The position numbers and the translations under genes are program-made. 64,000 bases of DNA from assembly GCA_013265495.1 (NCBI GenBank), contig MU061538.1, positions 2,191,339 through 2,255,338 of the forward strand, read 5' to 3'. Shown in pieces: positions 12,930 to 26,030 of this stretch; position 1 is the stretch's first letter; every line of letters starts with the position of its first letter. Below the pieces are notes generated by a model. That model was given only the letters and a program-made list of their open reading frames with translations. It was not told the DNA's origin and ran no database searches. This DNA is from Vicugna vicugna (Eukaryota).

Positions 12930-14540
12930 CGACTGCCACCAAAAGGCAAAGGAAATAATCAACAGAAAGAAAAGGCAGCCTACTGAATGGGGGAGATATT
13001 TGCAAACCATATACCTGTTAAGGGGTTAATATCCCAGACATATAAGGACCTCCTCGGGCTCAACAGCAAAAAAACTAATAACCTGAGTTTTTAAAGGGGG
13101 AAAGAACTTGAACAGATATTTCTCCAAAGAAGACACACAGACGGCCAACCGGTGTGTGAAGTAGTGCGGAGTGTCCCTCGTCATCAGAGAAACACAAGGC
13201 AGAACCACAGCGAGGTGGCACCTCACGCCTGTCAGAACGCCTGCTGTCAAGAAAGCAGGAGACGCAAGTGTCAGCGAGGATGTCGAGAAACTGAAACCCT
13301 TCCACACTGTTCGTGCGAGTGTAAAGTGGGGCAGCTGCTCTGGAAAACAGCATGGAGGGTCCCCCGAAACTGAAAATGAAGCGCCGCTTCTGGGTATTTA
13401 TCCAGAAGAATCAAAACCAGGAGATCAAAGAGGTGTTTGTACACCCGTGTTCACGGCAGCACTCGTCTCAGGAGCCAAAAGGTAGAAAGACCCAAATGCC
13501 CATTGATGGATCATGGATTTTGAAAGTGTGGGATATGAACTTACTTGCAAAACAGAAAAAGACTCACCAACGTAGAAAACAATCTACGGTTACCAAAGGG
13601 GGAAGGTGGGAGAGGGATGAAAAACATGGAGTATACATTGTACAATGGAATATTATTCAGACATTAAAAAGGGAATCCTGCCATTTGTGACATTGTGCAG
13701 GCTCTATGCTAGGTGAAGAAGTGAGACGGAGGTAGATGGATACTATAACATTGTATGATCTCCCTCAATATGTGGAGTCTGAAAAAAACCTGGATCCATA
13801 GGCACAGAGGACAGATTGGTAATTGCCAGAGTTGGGGGGGGTACATGGGAGACGTGAGTGAAGGGGGCCGACGGGTGCAGACTCCCAGTTACAGGATACG
13901 TAAGCCCTGGGATGTGATGCACAGCGTGGTGACTGTAGTTAAACAACCGTGTCGAACATTTGAAAGTTAAGAGAGTAGATCTTGAAAGCTCTCATCGCAA
14001 GAAAAAATGTTTTACCTCTTTAGGGTGATGGAAGTTAACCTACCTGATTGTGGTGATCATTTTGCAATATATACAAACATCCAGCCATTATGTTCACTTG
14101 AATCTAATGCAATGTTATATGTCAATTATTATCAATCTATCTATCTCAATAAAACTGGAAAAACAGGTTTCAAAGAGAGAAGGAGGTCCTGCTATTTGCA
14201 AGAACATGCTTGAACCCTGAGGACATTATGCTAAGTGAAATAACCCAGTCACAGAGACACGGGTGCTCCGTGATTCCTCTTATAAGAGGTACCTAAATTA
14301 GCCGAACTCACCGAGTCAGAGTAGGGTGGTGGCTTTTCAGGGGCCGGCGGGGTGGGGTGGTTTGCTCTGTGGCGGGTACAGTGTTTCAGTCGAGCAGGAG
14401 GGCTCTGCTCCAGAGACTGGACAGCGTGGTGTCGACAGCAGGACTGCCTGTCACTTAAAATCTGTTACGAGTGGATCTTGTGTTAAGCGTTCTTACCCGA
14501 GTAAGATAAGATAAAATAAATTGACATACATTAAAAAAAA
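12930..14540 (+). mobile_element. Older L1 (L1MA/MB-like) ORF2 C-terminus and 3'UTR fragments
   Basis: KRQPTEW-like ORF2 remnant, caaaaccaca/cacctcac motifs, 3' end ctcaataaaactggaaaaa at ~14160, second fragment ending in poly(A) at ~14540. Confidence 0.8.
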
Positions 14541-17500
14541 AAGGCAGAACGGAGGCCGGTCTCCTTCCTGGCCCCCTCAGGCACCTGGACCCTTCCGAAG
14601 GAGGCCTCATTCATGCAAGTAATGGATTTTTCTTCCTCTCTTGCTGGGGGTGTGGTGGCAGCGAGCTCCACATCTGAGCCACTCTGCGGGTGGGGGCCCC
14701 TCTGCCTCTGCCGGGACCACCCCTGCAGGCTCCCCACACTGTGTACCTGCTGCGACCCTCCCTGAAGCGCTCGGCTTTCGTGTCTGTCACAGTCTGAGAC
14801 GCTGGTATCACTGGTGTGCCCGAGTCCAAGCAGTAAAATGGGGGTAAATCTGCCTGTTTCTCAAATGTCTTGAAAGGAATGAAATGAGATAATTTATGGA
14901 GAATGTTCAGCACAGTGCTGGCACTGTCTGCTCAATCCATCATTTATTCAGGAAGGTGGTTTGGAAAGCCTGCCCCTTATGGGGTCTCAGCCCAGCCGGC
15001 ACGTGCGGCCCCCTGACCTGCTCTGCCCGGAGGATGGGCTTCTGGGGACCAGACTCAGCCCACGTCCTGGGACAGAGGTGACCGGCTGTCCTCTTGCTCA
15101 GTGTTCACTGCGTGTTCGTGGGATGCAGGGAGGCATTCAGAGCACACAGTGGACAGTATTTGATGAAACCAGGAGAAATGTGTGCAGTTCTGAGAGGTCT
15201 TTCAGAATTTCTTCCAGATTTCTGTAATAGAAGGAAGTTTTCCTTCTGGGAAGAGGGTCAGATGATTTAGATGTTTGGAGCCGAGGACCGCTCTGCTGGG
15301 CTGGTCGACAGCGGTTTCACTGGGCTGCTACGACCACAGGGGTGTCCAGGGCCTGAGGGCGTGAGCCCCGGACTCGGAGGGGCCAGACAGAACCCGGTGT
15401 GGAAAGGCCCGGCGGAGTCACCGGCCCCCCGTCAGGGGAGAGCCCCGAGGGGGCAGAGGCGGCAGGCTGAGTTTAACCGGAAGTTCTGAGTATCCAAAGG
15501 TTTCTTTCAAGAAGTGATGTGTAAGAGCACATGTTAAAATGCCCTCTGTACCTTTCTTATGTTCTCAACTAGCACAGCCCCCAAAAGAGTCCAACTTTTC
15601 ATGTCTGTGAAGTTTACGATACCAGCTAAATTCACCCGCTGTGTTCTCTCATGTGTACTGTCGTTGCGCCTCTGGTAAAGTGTGCGCACGGGTGTGTCTG
15701 AGCGGGTGCGCATGTGCACATGTGTGCACCCCCCGCCGCAGGGACGGAGACACCAGTCTGCACATTGTACGCAACAGTTATTCCTAAGTATTAGGGTGAG
15801 AAATGTGAAGAAGCCGCATTCCACACAGCAGCGCCCCGGGAAGATTCACGCAAGTGTCTGTGTGGATGTTCTAAGCTCTAAGAAGGGAGCGGGAAGCGGA
15901 CACCAGTGCAAAAGCTCACTCAGGAGGTCTGTGCCCCTCAGTGTGGCTTCCAGGGAAGCGCGTGGGGACCCTTCAGTCAGAGCAGCCACGCAGTGGGAAC
16001 ACGTGTCTCTGGTATTTTCAGTGTCCAGTTCCCTCTTCCTTGCGGGAACCGGGGCACGCAGGTGAAGCAGATCCTGCTTTTGCTTTTTTTAAATTGAGGT
16101 GTCGATTTGCAATGTTGTGTTAGTTTCAGGGGTCCAGCAGTGATTCAGTCACATATATTCTTTTTCAGATTCTTTTCCATTATTGGTTACTACAAGAGAG
16201 ACAAACCCCGTTGGCTGTTGTTTTAATTCCCCCAAGTTTACTGTAATCTGCAGTGCTTCTCGGGGAACGGGGTTGGGGGGACAGTTTGCCCTTGGGCGCA
16301 AGGCAGGGTCTGGGGTGAGCTACAGCCTGGGGACTTCCAAGCGTCATTGATCATCTTTGCTTCCCGTTGGAAGTGCTTCACACCTTGAGAGTATAATTAT
16401 AATCTGGTGTTTCTCACTAATTGAGGGTTAAAGAAATGGTAAACTAGGATTCCCCGAGTCAGCGGACGTAATCCATTCCCTTGGCTGCCCCGCGTCTGTA
16501 CCCTTTTCGCGCGGCTGGGGGCTCCTGTCTCTCAACCAAATCTTACCTGCCTCCACCACCATCTCTCCCCTTGGCTTCACGCCGGCAGACCCAAGCCGCC
16601 GAAGGGGGCATGAGTGGCCACCATTGGCCCATCAAGGGCAGAACCAGGGCGAGAACCTAGTTTTCAACTCCCTTCATCTCCTGTGTTGTATTATTTCAAG
16701 GTGATCACTGGTGCAGTTAATCAGAAGTTCTGAATTTTTTAAAAAAAGGCCATGATTTGTCATCTTTGACAAGATTTAGGATAAAGCTGAGGAAGTAGTA
16801 AAGCACAGTTCTGGCTTCATTTTCTAAAAAGTCACCAAGGATATTCCTTTAACATGACAAAATATATCTATCTCAACCCCAAAACCCATGTAAAGTTGGT
16901 TCTTTGTAGGTCACGTGTGTGTAAGCAAGGACCCAAACCCGAAACCGAACGAGAGAATTTAGTAAGGCGTCGGGGCACAAAGCTGTAGTGCAGCGATCAT
17001 AGTTTTCACCTTTCAAACACGAGAAATAACTGATTGGGAGAAATGATCCTATTTACACTGGCAACACAAAACTTGAGATTATGAGAAATAAACGTAACAA
17101 GTAATTGACAAGGTCTGTACCAGGGATGCGTTAAAATACCCCCGAGGGCTACAGAGGACACTTCGCTGAACGGGCGGTTGTCCCGTGGTCTTGCGTAGGA
17201 AGGCTCTGCGCCTGGCCCGTGCGCGTGCCGCCCAGATCTCCCTGTCAGGGCTGAGGCGCCGGTTTCCTGAGCTGCTGGGAGCGTTGCCTGGTGCTTCTGT
17301 CCTCAGGTTGCCCCGAGGGCGCTACCCTGCCCAGGAGTACACTGAGGACAGCTGTCAACAGTGACTGGCCAGTGCAGGGTACAAGGGCCGTGCCCCATGT
17401 GCCCTGGTTGTGCACGTCCGTGGAGGGCCACCCCCAGCTCAGAGCCCCCACAGGTCGGCTGAGGTCTCTGTCGCCGTTCAGCTCCTCTCTCTGTCCAGTT

Positions 17501-17909
17501 CTGTTCTGTTCCATGGATCTGGGAGAGTCCCTCACCCTCTCAAAGGTGTTGGTCCGAAGGGCACACCCTGAAAGTTTTTCTGCATGCAGATCTTCATCTT
17601 AGCATGTTTCCTGGGGGACCTGGTTTACAAGAATATCATAAGGCGTCATTTCTCCCTAACTTAATTTATAAAGTCAATTCCAGTAATCATAGTAATATAA
17701 TTTTGAGGTTGGATTAACAAAGGATGATAGTTAGGATTTGTCCTATACCAGACGTTAAAACTGAAAGATTTTATGATTAAATCAGGGCCCCCCCAGTGAA
17801 ATAGATCGATAGAACGTAAGAGAGAATCCAGAAATAGGTCCACGTACGTGCAGGAACTTAGTATAATTAGCAGGGAAGTAGATTGTTCAGGAAACGATTT
17901 GTCAGACGT

Positions 17910-18450
17910 GTGAGTTACCTCTTGCTGCAGAAGAGCTCGTCCCCGCAGTCTGTGTCTTCACACCTCGATGAACATGTATCACCTCACACAGTTTCTGTGG
18001 GTCAAGAATTCACCGGGGGCTTAGCTGAGTGGCTCTGGCTTGGGGTCTCTCCAAGGCTCAGTCCCGCTCTTGGCTCGGGGGGCTTCAGCTGGAGCCTGGG
18101 GCTGGAGCGTCTGCTTCCGCTGCTCGCTCACACGTGTGCGGGTTGATGGCTGGCTGTGGGCTGGCGGCCTCAGCTCCTCCTGTGGGACTTCTCCACACGG
18201 CTGCTCAGGTGTCTTCACAACATGGTGGCTGTTGTCCCCCGAACCGTGACCCGAGAGCGAGCCAGGCAGAAGCTGCCGTCTCCTTTATGACCTGGTCTCA
18301 GAAGCCACACACCCTCACTTCTGCCACGTTCTCTTAATTGGAAGTGAGTCACTAAGTCTGACCTGTACCCAAGGTGAGAGGAGTTAGCCTCCACCTTTTG
18401 AAAGGAGGAGGGTCAGAGAATTTATGGACATGTTTTAAAGCAACCACAGT
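17910..18450. mobile_element. MaLR (MLT1-type) LTR inserted among old L1 fragments (~16960-19260)
   Basis: cacagtttctgtgggtcaagaattc...ggcttagctgagtggctctggct and gaagtgagtcactaag motifs typical of MLT1. Confidence 0.65.
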
Positions 18451-21400
18451 GGGAAAATGGGTAAGCAGGTGTTAAGACAATTGACTTCGGGATAAATTCC
18501 AAATGGATTAAAAATCTAGAGGCAAAAATAAAACCTTCAACTACCAGAAGGATCTCTGGGAGAGCTTTCCTAGCCTGGAGCTGAAAGGACTGAGAACATG
18601 AAACCCAGAAGCCGTAAAATTAAAGGTGAAGAAATCTGACTGCTTATGGTGCTCTTGCCACGCCGAAATTTGTTTCCTGTATACAGTCGAAAGGTAAATA
18701 AAGTGGGAAAAGACACTTGCTAGTAATATCCCAGACCAGGGGTTAATGTTCATACTAAATTAAGAGTGTCCACAAATTGATGAAAATGGAGACCCAGGAC
18801 TCAAAAGTGAGAAAAGCTTGAGGGAGAAAAAGAGGCACATAAAACAGAGAAAGACACTCAACTTCACTCCTGACGAGAAATGCAAAGGGAACTGTGTTGT
18901 GATTTCACTTTTCACCCCTGATACTGGCACAGCTTTGGAAGCATGACGACTGCTCCGCCTTCTGCCGTCGTGGGATTGTAAGTCGCCGCAGCGCTCCGGA
19001 GGGCGAGCTTGTCGTCATCCTTACTGATTCTCGCTCGTGCTCCGCGACCAGAGATTTCTACTTCCAGGAATCTTGGATGCTTTATTGTGTGGCTGCCCAT
19101 CAGCAGAACAAAGAACGTTGTAGTGCAGGGTGTGCCCACGTCGCACACGCACACGCACTCACACAAGGGTGGAATTCTTTATAGGCTGATGTGCAAAGAA
19201 CACCATAGTGTACCATAGAAAGAAAAACAGTGCGGGTGTGCGTCAGTATAAACTGACCATTTTTTGTAGTGGGCTGGGTAGAGGCGGTGACGACCGCTAA
19301 GAACCCTTATGTGTGTGTTCATTGTCCAAGTTAGCTCAATTTTATTAGCAGGAGGGTCGTCTCTGTCCGCTTCAGCGTCTGTAGATCACTGCTCACGTCC
19401 TTTGTCACCTTTACTTCTGGACAGGGAGATTGTCATGAGGATGTTTCTCTTCAAGAGGCATTGCCCTCGACTTTGAAGCCCACGAAGCTCGCTGAAGGGC
19501 TAATTCAGAAATGTGTTCACATCTGTGTCTGATGTTGAGACGCTGCTGCAATTCCAAATGCCACGGGCTCAGTACAAGCCAGTTAGATGGCGTTTGCGAG
19601 GAACAGATGCTTCTGAACAAAGGAAAGGGCAGAAAACGAAGCAGCAATGACCCAGAGAAACAGGTGGCTGCTGAATTGCGCTCGGGGAGTTGGCAGCCGC
19701 TGCCACACCGCACCCCAGACAAAGGCCCAGCAGGGCTGCTGTCTGCCCAGGCCCGGCTCCTGGAACCTTGGCAGGTGTGTGCAGACCGCACAGACGCTGG
19801 GCCAGGAGCCATGCTCCTCTCCCTCGTCCCCCTGGCAGGGCTGACGTTCAGCCTCACGTCGTGGCTGGACTCAGACAAAACATCTCTCTGCTGAGCCCTG
19901 AGAACGTGGCTCAGACTTGGAACGTCCCGAGCAGCGGTCAGTCTGATACCGGTTAATCCCGAAGGGCTGGCCTGAGGACTCTGTGCTGTGATGGAGCACA
20001 AGCTGGGACAGAGAAAGGCTCTGTGAATCGATGGAAAACTGGCAAAGGATGAGGGGAATTCACGGACAAGCAAATCAAAACGTCCCTGACGCCAAGGCTG
20101 GTGCTCACGTGTGCAGGAGCCGCCTCTGTCGCGGTGCATCTGCTGCTCGCTCCCCGCCCCCGGCGCCCTGGGCCTGCTCTGTGGTAACCGTGCTCGCCGT
20201 CAGGCGCCTCCCCGCAGCGCGAGCACAGCGCTCAGTCTCTCAGCAGAGGGTGCTGCAGGCCCGCGGCGGGACCAGGACGCCCCGCGGCTGCTCTGAGCGG
20301 TCGGTCAGAGGGCGGGCCGAGGACCCCCGGTAGGGCTGCCCCGCTTCTGCAGCCTCGGCCTGGCAGCCCCCCTGCACCGGGAACCTGAGCCCCCGTGTGC
20401 CACCCCGCCTGACCCAGCTGTGGCGCACACACCCGCCCCGGCTGTCGCTGCTGCCTGCCCCGCGCGGCCCCGCACTTGGAAGGGCGGCCCGGTGCCTGCC
20501 CAGCAGCGCAGACCATCCTGAAGGCCGGGGGCCCTCGGGGACCAGGACAGCTCCCATGCCCCAAAGCTGGAAGCATTTTCACAAAGCGACCGTGCGTGTG
20601 AAGGTAGAGAACTCTGGGTCGGGTCTGCCAACTGAGCCTGTCGGGGCCACGTGAGCAGGCCCCGGGGCCTGCGTCCCCCACCCCAGCCTGCCGGGGAGCG
20701 GCACTCTCTCCTGGGGGAGCCTCTCCAGCGCTGGTGGCTGCCCCTCTGGAGTTTTAATTGCTCCCTCAGGATTGAGAAGCAGCTCCCGGAAATCTGGCTG
20801 AACTGTCAGCTTACCTCCCAGTGGTGAGAGGGCCCTTTATTCTTTGGGGGAAGGCAAAAATAGACTGGTTTCACGGGGTCAGCGAGCCCAAAGAGAAGGC
20901 AGACCGAAGACGGAATAATTATCAACGCGGTCTGCAGCTCCTTGCTGAACACGGCCCTGGGGTAAGAGCTTGGAACGCGAGCGTGGAACTCTGGCTTCCG
21001 CAGCAGCGTACACGCCAGGCGGACTGGACTGGGCAGTGCTTGAGTTTAGTTATCTGAGCACCGGGTCGTGCATGATTAGTGACAAGCCAGTCAGTGGTGG
21101 ACTCTCAGAGCCGCGAAACACATAGAACTTTCTAGATTGAGCCTCTCTCCGCAAAGGGAAATAAGGTAGTGGCTCCATTAACCGAGGTCACAGTCGAAGG
21201 TAACCCCAGGTACCAGGTGCTGCCCACCTGGCCCCTCCCCCTTGCGGCTTTTGCAGGGCGGAGCCTTCTTTGCTCAGAGATGAGCTGCTCCTCCTTCAGC
21301 CTGATCTCACTTCCCAGCTGCTTGCCCTCCTCCAAGACCAGTAAGTGCTTGGATTAATGGGGCCTTTGGGTCCGAAGCTCTTTCCCAGGCCTCCCTGGCG

Positions 21401-21929
21401 AGCTCCCAGGCACACAGCAGGAGGAGCGCAAGGCCGGAGCACGGGTCGGACTCACGTCACAATCACTCTTCCTTCGTGCAGGGTGGAACCAGCGTCTGCC
21501 AGACCGGACTCACGAGGGCGGGGACGGGAACTGCCGTGTATTTTGAAAGTGTAAACCATAATGTCACTGTCGAACAACCTTCTGCAAATCGATTCTCTGC
21601 TAACTCAGACCAGGGGCTGTGTTCAGACTGAGCAGACAGAGCCCTAACTAAGTCTCCCAGGCTGTCCCCAAGGGCCTGAATTCCGCAGGCAGTGAGTGTG
21701 GACAGGTTGTCTCAGTCTCATGCTTAGCCCAGAGCTCCCCCGTCCCCAGACTAGAAAAGCCCTTCTGTGGTCGGGGAGACTGTGAGAAGCTGGGGTTGGA
21801 AGTGGGAGGAGTGAGCCTCGCAGACTGGGGACCGGCAGCAGGTGTCGCTGGGTCGTGCAGCTGGTCAGCGGTCAGTGATTCTTCCATCTGGCTGATCTCC
21901 TGGGAGGAGTCATGTAAAAGTCTGTCCAA

Positions 21930-23175
21930 GCTGCTGGGACAACAGGATGTCCACATGCAAAAGTAAGGTGGACCATACCTCACAGAATACACAAAAATTA
22001 ACTCAAAGTGGACCGAAAACCTAAACACAAGAGCTGAAATCGTGAAACTCAGAATGAAACACGGGTAAATCTTTACGACCTTGGATTTGTTCACGGGTTC
22101 TTGGATACGAGACCAAAAGCATGAATGATGAAAGCACAAATGGTACGTAGGATATCATTAGCATCAGAGGCTTCTGGGTTGCAAGGGCCGTTATCGAGAA
22201 GGAACAGCCTGTAGAGTGGGAGAGGATATTGGCAAATCACGTGTCTGGAAAGGGTCTGTTATGCAGAAAATATAAAGAGCTCTTGCAACTCACCACAGAA
22301 AGACAGCCCAGTTTAAAAACTGGCAAAACCTGGCAACGGGCGTGAAGAGACATTTCTCCAGAGAAGACATACACATGGCCACTAGGCACGTGAAAGGATG
22401 CTTCACGTCCTGAGGCATCAGAGAAACGCAGATCAAAACCCCAGTGACAGGTGAGGTACCACTTCTCCCCTGCTGGGGGAGCTGGAATGAGGAATTGGAC
22501 AAACAGGAAACAGCAAAGCAGAGTAAGTGCTGGTGAGGACGTGGACGGACAGGAAGCCTCCTGCTTTGCTGGTGGGCGTGTGAAGCAGTTCCTCCTAGTG
22601 GAAACAGCCTGGCTGCTCCTCAGGAAGTTAAGCACAAGGTTACTGCAGGCCTCCGAGATTCCGACCCTGGGCACATGCCCAAAAGAACCGAAGACAGGGA
22701 CTCAGACAAGTGCTCGTGGCCGGATGCTCACAGACGCCTCAGCAGCGCTGAGGCAGCAGCCAAAGGACGGAAGCAGCCTAAACGTCCATCGGCAGACAGA
22801 TGGATGAACTGCGGTGTGCTCGTACGCTGGAGCATCACTCAGCCGTGTGAGCGACGGACAGACGGACGCCCGCGGCAGCAGGGGTGGACCAGGAACTTGT
22901 GCTGAAAGTGAGAGGCCCCGGGCGGCAGGGCCCGTGCTGCGTGGTCTGTGTGGCGTGGTGTGCAGAAGCGGTGACTCGGCAGAAGCAGGAGGTGGGTTGG
23001 TTGCCCAGGGGAGAGGAAGTAGGAATTAACCACGTGATGGGTACAAGGTTTTTTCGGGGGAGATGCAGCTGTTTTGGAACTGGATGCATGTGATTCTCGC
23101 ACTAGGTGTTGCTGAGTTGTTCACTTTAAAGTAGCTAATTGCACACTATGGGAATTTCACCTCAATAAAGAGAAA
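21930..23175 (+). mobile_element. L1MB-like ORF2 C-terminus / 3'UTR
   Basis: cacaaaaattaactcaaagtggacc, agacatttctccagagaagacatac and gaatttcacctcaataaag motifs. Confidence 0.8.
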
Positions 23176-25804
23176 TCGACACCTAAGAGCACTTGAAGTC
23201 AGAGGGGCAAGCTCAGGCATCAGTCCTTGTTAGAAAGTCCTCCAGGCTCTGTGAGCTTGTCCCTCTGGCTGAGACCCGCAGATCTAGGTGGAAAGGAATG
23301 TGGGTCTCCGTGTCCCGAGCATGTCACAGGAGGGGAAGGGTGTGGCATACCCCGGATACGGGCTCTCACGCGTCTCCACAAGGACCCTGGCTGAGGCCAG
23401 ACGGGCAGGCCCACTCCCCTCCCTGCAGCGCTGGACGAGACTCTGGAACCACACTGTAGCTTGGCAGTTGAAGGGCACCACCCACCCGAGGAAAGAGGAC
23501 TTGAACTGTAATTAAAGTGATGTTTTGAGCACATCTGAGTTCAAGGGCTGACCTTAAATGCTGCACGTCCTTATGCATTTTAATTTTACATGTGCTCACT
23601 CATAACATAAAATTCCCACAGGGTGCTGCCGAGGGGAACAGGACTCTGGCTACCATTTATTCATTAACAAATATTTCCTGGGCTTCTACAGAGTGCCAGG
23701 CACTGCCCCAGGCACTGAGTCATAGCAGGGAACCAGCAGGCACTCGCCCTCTTGACGTGTTAGTGGGCGCACCACTGGCCCTTGTCCATGTTTTGATGGC
23801 GCCAGCCCACGTGACCGTGGTGTCTGTGTTTAGTTTAAGGGTTCTCTGTTGCTGTCGTTGGTTTCCCTCCGGCAGGTGAAATGACCCCAGGGTCACGGTT
23901 TAATTGCCGCGTTGGTCTTTAACCATCTCATGTCACATTTGTATAATAATCTCCAAGAGAGCCCTCTCGAGCAAGGCTGGCAAACTCTCCCAGAGGGCCA
24001 GATAAAGGCCCTGTGGGCCAGGAGGCAGCACTGAGGCCGTCGGGCGGGCACCTGCAGAACTCTGTGTGTTGTGAACGTTTGCAAATGGTAAAGCCATTGT
24101 TGGCTCGTGGCCCTGGTGACAGGCAGCAGGCTCTGGAGAGTCCCCTTGCCAGAAGGTGGATGTGGCAGGTGAAGTAATGGTCTCCAGTCTTGCTGCAGCC
24201 TTCGGTCTTGGGGGGAGGTGGGCTCTCCTCGTGACCAGGCTGGTTGTCACAGGGCGGCAGTGATGGGACCTCGAGCTCCCCTTGGGCAATGATCTGTCCA
24301 CCAAGATCTCCTGTGAAGGGCCTTCATTACCTGCATCTGCATCACTGACCTTTCATTGGTGATTACCCAGGGCTTTCTCCAGAACACGATGAGATTTGCT
24401 CTCCTAGACAAAAAAAAAAGCGGTCGGGGAGGTAGGCAGGTAGGCTGGAAGGAAAAGGATTAAGCATAACTGGGGTTTTCTTGCGGCTTAGTGAGCTGAT
24501 CAAAATTAGTGCTTTGTCATTTGTTGTCATTTATTAATAAGTTCCTTCATCAATGGGGCAGTTTAGTAGCTGTCTTTAATAAGCCCGTTTGTCTTATAAC
24601 AGAACTTTCATTTCTTTGGGTAACATACAATATTCATTTGCATGCCTTCCCCTTGGACTTTAAAAATAAGTGAAAACTTTGCCCAATGACAGGACAAAGA
24701 TCTTTGATTGTACATGAATTAAAATTTAAAGTTTTGTCTCTGATTTCAAGTAAGTCGGCTGAAGACAGATTAATAGGTTTAAAATGAAAGTTTCAAACTC
24801 AACTGAATGTTTGAGTCTAGAACTTCAGTAACCACTAACTGGTAAGGGAGGACTGTTACCTTCTTAGAATCGTACCATAGTTTCACATTTCTGTAGTTAA
24901 CCGTCTTCAGAAATAACTAAAACGCATGATCTGGTCTTAATACTCATCAGCTCAGCGGTGCTCCCCGGGCCAGTCCAGCCTTGTATTCTTAAGTCATGAG
25001 TATTCCAGTGTTTTAAAAAAACTTGGCCAAAAATAATTTGTTATCGACCAGCACTGAGGAGTCCTCTGTCTCCCCCCACCCCCAGTTTCATCTCCCAGGC
25101 CCTTTATACAATGCATCATTCCCACCGTGGGCTGATGCGCGGGCCTTCCCGCTGGTCCGCACTGTAGACCCATCGTCCTGGCACCTGTCGCCCTGGAATG
25201 CCTGCATCCTTGCTCGTCCTGCGAGCCCGGCACGAATCTCGATTCACTCTCTTATCTCTTCAGTGTACAGAATTCCTACCTCCTCAGTGGCCGTCAGTTA
25301 CCTCCAGGTTGAGATCTTGGGTTTTGGCGAGGGGGTCATTCATTTATAAGGTCTTGTGTTCCACAACCAGCTACGTCTGCTTAAACATTTATTATCCATA
25401 TGTGGACTTTGTTGCTATGCCTTTTCCAAATCCTTCAAGGCCCACGCCCTCATTCACATATTTGAGGATGAAGTCCGTGCGGGCTGTTAGCAGGATGGGG
25501 GGGCAAGGCCACCTTGCTAAGGGACATCACAGTCTGCTGAGATTCGTGTCACGAGAGAGGCTGCGCGGAGGAGGGTCCCAGAGGGGAGCCTGCATGGGCT
25601 GCCGGTCCTCTCTGAGCAGGTGGCTCCCAGGTCTTGGGGGTGCAGACCTCACGCCCAGGGCCTCACACCCACACCCAGCCTGTTGTGTTCTCATCTCTCT
25701 GGAGCCCCGTGCGTTCCCCCCCGCCCCCGAATCACAGAAGGAGCTGGTCGCCTGAGAGGCTCTGCGGGGCCTGGGCAGGGGCTTACATGTCAGTACATTT
25801 AGGC

Positions 25805-26030
25805 CAGCGTTTCTCAGCCCCAGCACCACTGACCTGTGAGCCCCAGCACCACTGACCTGTGAGCCCCAGCAGTTCCTTGGGTTGGGTGGTCCTGCACGTC
25901 CTGGGCTGTTACCAGCATCCCCAGACTCAACCCACCCCACGTCGCCAGAGCACCCCTTCCCCCAACTGGCCCCCATTTTTAGCAACAGAAACTGTCTCCA
26001 GACCTTGCAGATGTGCCCTAGGGGAGAGTC
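25805..26030 (-). mobile_element. MER20 (hAT) with a small internal tandem duplication at ~25816-25870
   Basis: gtttctcagcccc...tgtctccagaccttgcagatgtgccc matches reverse-complemented MER20; unit agccccagcaccactgacctgtg is repeated. Confidence 0.65.

Noticed and set aside
25816..25870. Short direct repeats that could suggest a CRISPR-like array
   Set aside because: Simple tandem duplication without spacers inside a MER20 in a mammalian genome.
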